Below, piece by piece: positions 12,201-23,787 of a DNA stretch of 32,601 bases (position 1 is its first letter; the number at the start of each line of letters is the position of its first letter). The notes below the pieces were generated by a model. The model was not told the origin of the DNA and did not search any database. It saw only the letters and a program-made list of their open reading frames with translations. Origin of the DNA: Paecilomyces variotii (lineage: Eukaryota); the NCBI GenBank assembly GCA_004022145.1, contig RCNU01000038.1, one strand, 5' to 3'. Made by a program: the position numbers and the translations under genes.

Positions 12201-13499
12201 ATTAAAGTAATCTTATTATAAATTCTCTTATATAAGAATAACTTATTATTATTAATTTAAACTTAAATATTTAAGATAAAAAAAATTTTTACTATATAGC
12301 TATTTTTTTTAAGTTATTATAAATCTAGGCTTATAATTAATTAAAAAGAATAAGTTTAAATAGAATTCTCTAGACTAATCTAATAGCTTAAAAGGCTAAT
12401 AATATTTAAAAAGAAAGAATATTAGCGCATATAGTAGATATAAAGTATCTTTTTATATTCTTAATTAGAGTAATAGATTTTAAATAAAGTTAAGAAATAG
12501 TTTTTCTAAGCGGGCATATACCTCGGCCTAGCTAGGGCTGAGCTCAGCCTACCCTAGAAGCTCAGCCCACCCTAAAGCTTATCCTTAGCTAGGTTAAGCT
12601 TAACCTATCTTATACACAGATTAAGTATAAGCTCAGCATAAGCTAATTATGTAATTAATATAAAATTAGCTTATCTAAGGATTAATAATAATATTTATAT
12701 AATAAAACTTTTTAAAATTTATAATATATATATATATAATAGCTAATATAAAGCTAAGTATTATTATTTTTCCCTAAATACTTAAAAATAGCTAAGAATT
12801 AAATAACTATAACTAATAGCCAAATTAATAATATTCTTAATTAATAATTGTATAATATTCTTATTTAGATATATTAATATAATTCTTATAAAGGCCTAGT
12901 AAATACTAAATATATATTTAGTATCTATTATATTTAAACTAGATACTAACTTATTATAAAGCAAACTTATATAAAATTATAATCTTTATAAAGTATATTT
13001 AAACTAGTTTAAGAATATAATAAATAATTAAAATAATATTTATTCCTGTATAGAAAGTAAAAATAAAAAATTTAAGATATATTTTAAATTTCCTTTTTAT
13101 ATAGAACTTAATTAGATATATTTTTTTTATATAAGTTCTAGCAGGGCATATACTAAGCATATTTAAAAGGCTATTTCTCTTATAAATATTATTATTAGTT
13201 ATAGTAATATCTCTAAGATTATAGTTAATAATATTTAGAATAAGTTATTTATTCTTAAATATCTAATAACTTATTTTAGTAGTATCTTATATTTTATCTA
13301 TTAAAAGAATTCTTTACCTTATAACTGTTTTAATATAAATATCTATTAAATATTTTAATAATTTTTATTAAAAATATATCTATACCTTATTTTAAGTAGA
13401 TATTTAATATATTATAAATATATATTAAATATAGCTTAGATCTAGTTTAGGCTCTATATTTAAGGTAATTATAAGACCCTATCTCTCCCACTTCTTTAA

Positions 13500-16400
13500 A
13501 AGGATAAAAAGGATAAAATTTAAAATAAGGTATACTATTAGGCATATAAATGCAGCGGCATTAAATATTGTAAATATATATTAGAATATATGCTCAGATA
13601 ACGCTATAAATATAGCTATATTAAACTAAATATTTTTAAAATATTTTATAAAGAAGTAGGCTATATCTAATACTACTTCTGCTAGTAAATTTCTTAAAAA
13701 AAAAACTAAAAATTAATATAATAGATTTCTTTATTTTTAGAATTAATAATTAGCAAGGCATTATTTTTATTTAGAAAGTAAAATATAGATATATTTAAAT
13801 TAAACTTCGGTAATCTTTAAATAGTATAAAATAAGTTTAATTCTATATTTAATCTCAGCATATACTAAACATATCCTTAGCTATTAATTACCTTTATTAA
13901 TTACCTATTAGTAAGTAATTTTAAATTATAGCATATTATATAAGCTATCTCTATATATATAACTTAAATTTATATATCTTATCTGTATATCTTAATAGCT
14001 TATAAGATATATAATACTAATACTCCTATTTAATCTACTTATACCTATATTAATTATACTACTTTAAGGCGTATAATTTATAGTAGGTATTTACTCTATA
14101 TATACTAGGTATATATTAACTATAGGTCTAGGATTTAACTATCCTTAAGATATATTTAAAGTCCTATATAAAAAATATAATACTTTAATTAATATTTTTA
14201 TTCCTTATAATTAGGATTATTTTTTTTTATCCTTCTTATTTATTAAAAAGATTATATATATTTTCCTTTATTACTAATTAAGTTAAGTTAAGATTTTACT
14301 TAAGAACTTATAGATCTAATTAATTAAAGAGATATTCTTACTATAATTATATATATATTATATATATCTTAAGCCTATATTCTACATATATTAATTAGAT
14401 ACTTATAGATAAATTCTTAATATCTCCTAAAATATATATATTTAAATAAAAATATTAAGGTTAAGCTCTAAATTTAATTAGAGCTTTTTTAAATATTAAA
14501 GATAAAATTACTTATTTAATTTAAAAATAAAAACTTCTATAATACCTATTTAGTTTAAATATTGCTAGTTAGAATCTATTCTTACTATATGTTTTATATA
14601 TACTAATACTATATAGGGGTTATATAAGAGTATAAGTTTAACTAATATAGAGAAAGTAATAAATAATAAATTTATATAGTTAATATTAATAAAACTAGAG
14701 AATATATTATTATTTATTATATAAATGCTTAAGTAAAAATATTTATAAAAGCTAAATATCTTAAAATAGATTTAGCTTATAAGATAATATTTAAAAATAT
14801 AAATATCTTTTCAATCTTAAGCTAGAATTCTAAAGCTAAATATATATTTAACTTCTCCTTATTATATGTTTAGTATATACTAACTTTATATTAGGGATTA
14901 ATACCTATTGTTATGCTTTTATCTCTCTATAAACTTATTGTATATATTTTTAAATATTTAAATTATTATTTTAAATATTATTATAAGCTGCACATTAATA
15001 TATTTAATAGGCATATATTTTAAATAGAGAAGGGATATAGACTATTACTATAGATATATATAAAAAATAAGTATTTAATTAATATTATCTTAATAAATAT
15101 AGAGTATATGCTAAATATATTTAGGCTTTAATAATTACTTATATTTTATTTATCCTTCCCTTAACTAGCAAGAATATCTTAAGCATATACTTATCTTTTA
15201 CTAAATATATATTAAATATAATTTCTATAAAAAATTCAAAAGATTTTATCTCCTTATCTATTAATTAAAATATCTATAGAATCTATATTCTTACTAAGAA
15301 ATCCTTTAAACTATATACTAATAGGGTAAGGAATATCTAGATATTAAAAAATGGCTTTAAAATAAAATAAAATTATAGATTCTTACTATATTATTATAGG
15401 AAATATTAAAAATCCCTTTTAAATAATAGAGTTATACTTAAAAGCATACTAAATTATTTAAAAGTAATTACTTTTAAGATAATTATAATATAGAGAGAAA
15501 CCTATCTTTACTAGGGGCTATTTAATAATATATCTATATTTAGTATATACTTAATATCTATCTAGCATAGATTAAATACTAATAAGGCTAATTTATATTT
15601 AGTCTATAATAATATATAGAAGATATTACTAAATAATAAGAGCTTTTTAACTATAATATTAATAATATATAGCAAAACTATAATAATATTATATAAATCT
15701 TCTAATAGATATAAAGAAATAATAAGATAAAAGTTTAATATACTTTTAAATATATACTAAATATATCTTTTAGACTAATAGAATTAAAGAGCTGCTAATT
15801 ATTAAATAAATTAATCTTATTTACTATTTAATCTTAATAATCTCTATAATATACCTTTAGATAATAATAATAATCGATCTTCTAATAAAGATATTAATTT
15901 TAAGATTATTTTAATATCTTTATCTAAACCTTTTACTAAATATATACTAGCTAAAGATAAAATATCTATAAAGCATATATTAAGCAAAAATTAAGAAAAG
16001 GATTAACCTAAAGGTTCTAATTATTATTAAAGCTAGATTTAATCTAGAATTAAATAGATTAAGCTAAGCTCTAAAAAATTAAACTCAGATTATTATTCTT
16101 AATATAGATTAAATATAGAGTATATACTAAATAAAGATTAAGGAAGGGGTTAATTTAAAGATTCTAATTATTATCAGAACTAGATTTAATCTAGGATTAA
16201 ATAGACTAAGCTAAGCTCTAAAAAATCAGACTCAGATTATTATTTTTAATATAAATTAAATATAGAATATATATTAAATAAAGGTTAAGAAAGAGATTAA
16301 AAAAGAGATTAATCTAGAGGTTCTAGTTATTATTAGAGCCAGATTTAATCTAAGACTAAATAGACTAAGCTAAGCTCTAAAAAATTAAACTCAGATTATA

Positions 16401-17200
16401 TTTTTTTAATATAGATTAAATATAGAGTATATACTAAATAAAGATTAAGAAAGAGATTAATTTAGAGGTTTTAATTATTATTAAAGCTAGGTTTAATTTA
16501 AGATTAAATAGATTAAGCTAAGCTTTAAAGAATTAAACTTAGATTATTATTTTTAATATAGATTAAATATAGAGTATATATTAAATAAAGATTAAGAAAG
16601 GGGTTAATCTAGAAGTTCTAGTTATTATTAAAGCTAGATTTAATCTAAGACTAAATAAATTAAGCTAAGCTTTAAAAAATTATACTTAGATTATTATTCT
16701 TAATATAGATTAAATATAAAGTATATATTAAATAAAGATTAAAAAAGGGGTTAATCTAGAGATTCTAGTTATTATTAAAGCTAGGTTTAATTTAAGATTA
16801 AGCAAACTAAGCTAAGCTCTAAAAAATTAGACTTAGATTATATTTCTTAATGCAGATTAAGTAAAGAATATATATTAAATAAAGGTTAAAAAAGGAATAG
16901 ATCTAGAGGTTCTAATTATATTTAAAGCTAGATTTAATTTAATATTATCTTAATATCTAAAAGAGTTTAAATTCTTTTATTAGATTTAGATAGCTCTGCT
17001 AGTTTTAATCTAAAATATATACTAACTTTATATCTAGCATATATTATCTAGGAGTTAAGTATAGATTTTAGATAGAATAGAGCTTATATATATTATAGTA
17101 AAGGATCCTTATTAGAAAAAATAGCAGAGACTAATTTTATTATTTAATTAAAAGAAATAATAAAGTAAAGGCAATAAGAATTTAAGTAAGAAAAAGAAGG
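13500..17200 (+). pseudogene. MULE DDE transposase relic with short introns and a repetitive C-terminal region (ends approximate)
   Basis: De-RIP readings: H.H.PPPP.K (~14253-14283), YLEIDLAYK (D at 14769), GIQTIT.D.CKKQ (D at 15053), WQEHLKHILIFCQ.H.KRNF (CxxH at 15199-15210), HT..SES.H....N...R.LSLLGAI (E at 15460). Intron-like segments with CTAAC/GCTAA..AG at ~14840-14894 and ~15078-15124. Confidence 0.8.
15971..16941 (+). repeat. Tandem array of ~6.5 x 147-bp units inside the MULE (49-codon repeat with AT-hook-like consensus)
   Basis: The anchor AAGCTAAGCT recurs at 16061, 16208, 16367, 16515, 16662 and 16809, giving spacings of 147, 159, 148, 147 and 147. Units differ mostly by transitions. 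Confidence 0.95.
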
Positions 17201-17349
17201 ATTATTATAGTAGTTTATATAATAAATATATATATCTATATAGCTATAGTTATATAATAAATATATATATATTTCTTTTTCCCCTATAATAAGAATAAAT
17301 AAAAAAATAAAGAATATTATATTATAATTATTTAAAAATATAGAAAAAT

Positions 17350-19300
17350 AGTCTTTAAGTATAAGAACTTAATATTAAACTAAAGTTTGGTATTAATAAT
17401 CTTTAAGTATAAGAGCTTAATATTAAATTAAAGTTTAGCATTAAGTATATATTTAGGGGAGAGCTAGGCTTAAATATCTATATATTTAAGGCCTCTAAAA
17501 ACTTATCTTTAAAAAAGGAGATTATAATTTATAGATATAAACTTAATATATACTTTATATATAAAAAAGAAAAACTTACTAATAGATTTAATATTATAGC
17601 TATTAATGCTATAAAAATATCTATAGCTATAATTATAAGTATAGCTATACTCTAATTTAATTAATATTTCTTTATTAATAATATATTTACTTATATATTT
17701 ATTATAAAATATAGACTATCTGCGCTTTAATAGAGTTAAGGCAGGACCTATATTATAATCTAATTTAGTATATATATAGGATAAATTAGAAGGCTATTTA
17801 TTATTATTTCTATTATTATTATCTTATAATAATAGGATATTTTTAATCTATATAAGGTTAGTATATATATAATATAGGCAGGGGTATACTTACTATATAT
17901 TTATAAAACAGGGTTAATAAAAATATAGAATATTAAAATAAAGGCTAAGATTAATTAAAGTTAATATTAGGCATATATTAAATATATCTAAAAAGCCTGT
18001 TAAAAGTTATAAGTTATATATAAATAATAATATAAATAGTAATATAAATAATAAAGAAGATAATATATAGATTCTATTTATATATTAGTATATATTAAAC
18101 TTACTCTCTAATAAAATTAGCTCCTATAATTATTTTTAAACTTATTATTAGTATAAGCTATTTCTTTATAGAATATAATAATATCCTTAATTAGTATACT
18201 TCTTATATTAGAAGAAATATTAGCTTAATATAAGCTCTATATATACCTAAAACTTATTATAGTTTATAAATAAAGTTAGCGTCTTATTATTTATTAAATA
18301 AAATATATTTAATTAGCGCATTATATATTATTAGTATAGCTCTAATATATGCAAAATAGATTTTAAACTTATTATAGCCTAATTATCTTCTTATCTATAA
18401 TTATATTATTAGTCTTTATATTATAGTTTAATATTATAATAGATTAGTATATATCTAATATATACTAAGAATAATAATATACTTGCCCCTAGGTATATAG
18501 TCCTTATATAATATTATAACTTTAACTATTAGTATATTATATATATATAGAACTTATATTAGATTTATAATAGGCTATAAATTAATAACCTTATTATATA
18601 TAAGTAGACTATCTATATTTACCTATACTTAATAACTATAGAAGCTTAGCATATGCTTAATTAATTTTAAAAAAAAGATTTATATATTCTTATTTATACT
18701 TAAGATAGAAGACCTAAAGATTAATATATAAATATTTTCCTTAATAATAATTATAGATATTATCTATATTTAGCATACTTTTAATATATATATAATATCT
18801 ATTTATTAGATTTTTTATTTTCCTGTTTAGCTGTAGTATATAAATTTAAGATCTATATTAAATTTAGGTTAAGAACTAGGCCTATTTTTATTCAGCATAT
18901 ACTTAATATTAAATAGAGATATACTTACTATAGTAATACCTATAGTTTATTAGATTACCTACTGATAAAACTATATTATAGATAAGAAATTCTTTTAAAT
19001 ATAGCAGTATTTTTATAATTATATAATAATAATATAAGAGGGTAAACTATAATACTATAAAGGCAGGGCAAAGGCATTATTAAGGAGGTTAAAAATAATA
19101 TAAATAATATAAACTTCTATATAATAGGATTTTAATATTGCTTTAGTATATACTTAATAACTATCTTTATATATACTACTTTAATAAACTGTGTAAAATA
19201 ATATTAGTTCTAGCTCCCTATATATATTTTAATATTATTTTAACCTATACTTAGCATATACTATAATATAGCATAAAATATATATTATATATAGTTTCTG
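17350..19300 (-). pseudogene. Second, convergent, intron-containing gene relic of unknown product carried by the MULE (ends approximate)
   Basis: A clear minus-strand intron GTAAGT..CTAAC..TAG at 17893-17848. Further minus-strand GTAAGT donors near 17579, 18104 and 18928, and branch-like GCTAAC/GCTAA near 18280, 18650 and 18775. No recognisable domain. Confidence 0.55.
17352..17446. repeat. 48-bp direct tandem duplication (2 copies)
   Basis: TCTTTAAGTATAAGA(A/G)CTTAATATTAAA(C/T)TAAAGTTT(G/A)G(T/C)ATTAA at 17352 and 17400. Confidence 0.85.
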
Positions 19301-19936
19301 ATAAATATAGTTTACTATAATATAATATAAAAACTTTATTATAAATTATATAAGCTATATATATATTAAGCCTATTTAAATACTATACTGAAACTAACTT
19401 AGTATCTAAGCTAAACTTAGATTTTTCTTAAGTAAGCTGAGCTTTTTAGGTAGGTTAAGCTTAGCCCTAGCTAGGCTAAGCTATATCCTATTTCTAAGCT
19501 ATTTAATTTTATTAAAGTAAAATTATTCTTAAATATTTTTTTAAAGTAAAATCTTAGTTATACTAAAACTTACTAGTCTTAACTGCTATTTTATAATATT
19601 AAACTATATATTAAAAATATCTTTATAAGATTATATAATTTTTTATATAATTTAAAAGAGTTTAAACCTTATTTTTTAAATTAAATAAATATTAGCTAAT
19701 AAGTTAATTATTCTATTAAAATACTCTAAAATAGCTTTTTTTAAAATTCTTTTATCTTTTATATTAATATTATAATAATATTTCTCTTCTTAAGATTAAG
19801 CTTTATTAAAATTATTTTTTAACTTTAACTTATTTAAATAATAATAATAAAAGTTTATAATAATCTCTTAAATATATTATAAATAATATATAAGCTCTTT
19901 AATTAAATTATTATAATCTAATTACTTAATAATATA

Positions 19937-20073
19937 TCTTAGAGCTAATAAAAATGCTTAATTAAGGAAGCTATTTAGGGGGGAGCTAAACTGATCTATC
20001 TGGCTATTATTCTGCTAACTAAGCTAGCTACTAGCGCGGGCGATTACTACTAGAGCCCCTAGAGACATTAAAA
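19937..20073 (-). repeat. Copia-F 3' LTR (137 bp)
   Basis: Same length as 25305-25441 and differs from it only by C/T and G/A. Adjacent to the PPT. Confidence 0.92.
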
Positions 20074-23000
20074 TACCCCCTTCGACTATATTAGCAGATA
20101 GCTTAATTGCCTAATTAGGTAATTTATTAAACTCTCTAAATATCTAGTTTCCTTAACTTTATAAGCTCCTAAAACTTCTTAAATTTAATATAATCTAATA
20201 GCTTTATTAGGCTATCCGCTAAGTTTATTTTATTATTAATTTTTTATAATTTAATTATATTATTAGCTGCTATAGATTAAATAAAGAAATAGCAATTATT
20301 TAGCTATTTAATAATTAGTTTATAACCCTTATTTTTAACTAAAATTATAGCATTTACTATGTTAGTTCAGACTAATATAAGGATCTCTAGATCCTATTTA
20401 AGACCTAGGGTGTAGGCTAATTTTTTTATAAATATAGCTTCTTTTACTATAAAATTTAATATATAGAATTTAGTAATTATTATTAATAGAACTATTATTT
20501 GCTACTTCTTATTAGATTAGCTAATAAGTACCCCTTTATATAGAATTATAAATACTTTAATTAAAGTTCTATTAGGATTATCCTAGTAACTAGTATTTAT
20601 ATAAACTTTAATGCCTGTATTAAGATCTGCTCCTAGTTTAATATTATAGTTAGAAGCTTAGCAGATATATTATAGTAGATATTTTATTGCTTTAATATTT
20701 TTATTATTTAGATTATTTGCCTTTTATTATAAGTAGTTTATAGCTTAGGCTAGGTCTAGCTATATTTTAGTTACTAATTAGCTTAACTTTCTGATAAGGA
20801 TTTAATATTTAATTTTAATATCCTTATTAGCTAGTTCCTCTAAAATCTTTAGTCTGTATATTAATATTATAGGGACTTAGATTCTTATTAGTTTATTATT
20901 ATAAAAGCTGGAGTTAGCTAAAATAGCTAGCATATAGCTAGCTTAGCTTATAATAATTATTCCCTATTTCTAATCTTTATTAAGCTTATAATCTAGGAAG
21001 TTAAAGAGTTTGCTAAGAATTTTTATATTAAAGCAACTGCTTAAAGTTATTATAAATATATTAATATCCTCCTCTATAAATACTGCTATAAGTATATTAT
21101 TAATATAGATAATAATATACTATTCCCTATCTAATATAAGAATATATAGATTTTTTTCTAATAATATAAAGCCTATATTATAAAGTTTATCTATAAGTAT
21201 TATATTTTATAAATTAGTAGATTTCTGCAGTCTATATAAGGCGCAGTAAAATAAATAGACTTAATATTTCTCTATAGTAAATCCTATTAGCTATTATATA
21301 TAGATTTACTTATTATTTAATAGGGCGTTTAAATAAGCTGTAATAATATTATATTAAATCTAATATAACCTATATATAGCGATAAGAGTTAAAAATAGTT
21401 TAATAGCTATCTTACTTACTACTAGGCTATAGTATTATTTATATCTAATAGTCTATTAAAAATTACTGCAGACTATTTATTTAGCTCTATATTCCTTTAA
21501 GAAGCTATTAGCATTAGTCTTAATATTATATACCTATTTCCCTAGTAGGATTTTAATATTCTTATTATCTAGATAGGGGACTAGTAATTAAGTCTGCTTA
21601 GCTTTAAGCTTCTATATTTAACTCTTTATAGCTTATTGCTAGTTACTAGCCTATAAAGATTTAACTGCTTATTTATAGATGCGGGAGATTTTAATTTTAT
21701 AAGCTTATATAGGTTATAAAGCTAGAGCTAAGATACTATATTATTTACCCCCTTTAGTCTTTATAGCTTTCTTCGCTTAAGCTATTTAGATATTGCGAGC
21801 TTACTTATCTCCTAGCTAGGTAATTAGCTTTCTATCCTATATAAATTATAATATCTCTTTTATTAGTTCTTTTATAAACTATAAGCTAGTTAAATTAATA
21901 TAATTAGCATTTTTATACTTCATAGGACTAATATTATAAAATTCTTTATATAATAGATCTAGAGATATTAAGATATCTTTAAGTAGAGCTTAGTTAATTA
22001 GCTTATTTATCTAGGTATTTAGGTTGCCTATAGCTAGTTAGATAATATTTATATTTTTTTATATTTCTAATAGTTATTATTCAGTTTATTATTTAATCTA
22101 GGGTATAGATAATAAGATTCTAATATATTATTAGATAGTATCTTTAACTGTTTAATAGATTAGATTGACTATTTATAATTAATTCTTAATATATTATTTT
22201 AGAATAGGTATTTTTACTCTATTAATAGTTAGCGCTAGACCCTTTAATATAAGATTTTTTATAGTTATAGGAGTTAATAGATTATTAGAATTTTTAAAGA
22301 ATATAATATCTCTAAAGCATTTAATTTTACCTATTTTAGGGATCTAGACCTTATAAATATAATTATTATCTTTCTTATATTTAATTAGGTAATTAACTTA
22401 GGTATAAGATGCTATTTTAAATGCTTGCTTTTTATCTTCTTTAGGTATATAGAGATATATTTAATAACCCTAAACTTATAGATATTCTAGAGAGGGGTTT
22501 TTATTTAGCATATTAAAATATCTTCTTTATTTTATAATAAAAGGTTTAGTTTTATTTTTTTATAGCAGTCTGTTTATAATATAGGTAATAGTCTTAATTA
22601 TAAATAGCTAGAGGTTTTTTAGGAGTCTTAAAGCTATTATTATTATATAAACTAATAAGTTAAAATATTCTTTATAATGTTCTAAAGTGCTATTACCCTC
22701 TAAGATTTATAGAGATATTAGTTTAATCTTTAGTCCTTTAGCTTTAGCTTAAGACTTAAAGTTTAAGAATTCTCTCCTGCTATTAATTTTCTAGTATTAT
22801 AAGTAATTATCTACTAGTAAAATATTCTTAATCCCTTTAATAAAGGAGATTATATATTTTAAAGCTTTGTCTTTTAATTTTAATATATAGATAAATTATA
22901 TTCTTATGGCACTGTCTATAATAATAAGATAGTTAATATATCTCTAAATTCCTAGCAGCTTTATAGGCTAGGTATCTATATAGAAGAATTCTATTAATTA

Positions 23001-23268
23001 TAATATATAGGGCTAGAGATCTTTAAATATTAGTTGCTTTACCTTTATTATATAATATGCTTTATAATAGAAGTTTATATCCTTAGTAAGTTAGATAGCT
23101 GCGGGGTTTAATTTAGCAATAGCTTTAAGCTTTATAATACTAGTATATCTTATTCTCCTATATAGGAGCTCTAGTAATATTACTTATATAGCAATTTATT
23201 TGCAGAGCTTAAGCTATAGAATATCTTTATTCTTATATATATATCTAATAACCTAATTAGTATTTATA

Positions 23269-23787
23269 GGGCCTACACCTTGGCCCAGCCGGGGGCGAGC
23301 TCAGCTCATCCTAGAAGCTTAGCCCACCCGAGTATTTTTACTATTTTTTAAATGGGCCGAGCTTTTAAACTAAAAACTTCAAAAATTTATTAAAAGTCGA
23401 AACCTAAAGATATTTCACTTGAAATTAAATATTTATATAGGTTATAACCTATATCTTATATATATAAAAAAAGAAAAATTAAATATCTAAAAATCGATTT
23501 TTAAGAATTAAAAAACCAAGAAAGATTTGTAATTTTCGAATTTCTATGTGTAATTTACTAACTCTTGCCCTAGCGTACCCAATTAAAATCCTAAAATCCT
23601 AATTTTAATATATAATGTAGACTAAAATATAAATTATTTTATAATATTTTTTATATATTTCTACTATGCCTAAATAGGCTAGGAAAAATTAAAGTTTCTT
23701 GGGGTGCGCTGAGATCCCAAATACTTGGGTAGTATAAGCTTTTAGGGTAGGCTAAGCTTATCCCTGGCTGGGCTAAGCTATATCCCA
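23269..23787 (+). mobile_element. MITE-2: 519-bp non-autonomous Mutator-like element inserted in Copia-F
   Basis: Same family as MITE-1, with one extra 18-bp subterminal unit (AGCTCAGCTCATCCTAGA). Perfect 9-bp TSD GTATTTATA (23260-23268, 23788-23796). Confidence 0.95.

Larger units (their letters stand above)
12512..19490 (+). mobile_element. Full-length 6,979-bp Mutator-like DNA transposon (MULE), RIP-inactivated
   Basis: ~60-bp imperfect TIRs (GGGCATATACCTCGGCCTAGCTAGGGCTGAGCTCAGCC.. / ..GCTTAGCCCTAGCTAGGCTAAGCTATATCCTA). Perfect 9-bp TSD TTTCTAAGC (12503-12511, 19491-19499). The host LTR resumes exactly after the element, and a DDE/CxxH transposase relic lies inside. Confidence 0.93.
9266..19598 (-). 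mobile_element. Copia-A, 5' part (5' LTR split by the MULE, PBS, gag, protease, integrase), truncated just before RT
   Basis: The reverse complement of 9266-12511 aligns with 30691-32601 and with 1-~1480. LTR halves are 12342-12511 and 19500-19598. PBS AATTATAAGCC (RIP of GGTTATGAGCC) at 12338-12328. Confidence 0.92.

Noticed and set aside
15971-16941. CRISPR array or nucleosome-positioning satellite (147 bp equals the nucleosome core length)
   Set aside because: There are no unique spacers. The unit is a multiple of three, has an in-frame 12-bp variant and gives a sensible peptide consensus, so a coding repeat is the simpler explanation.
17740-17775. Ulp1-type protease catalytic motif (DCG) in the MULE second gene
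   Set aside because: The minus-strand gat tat aat could be D-C-G, but the Q..N context and upstream HW motif were not found. The evidence is too weak.
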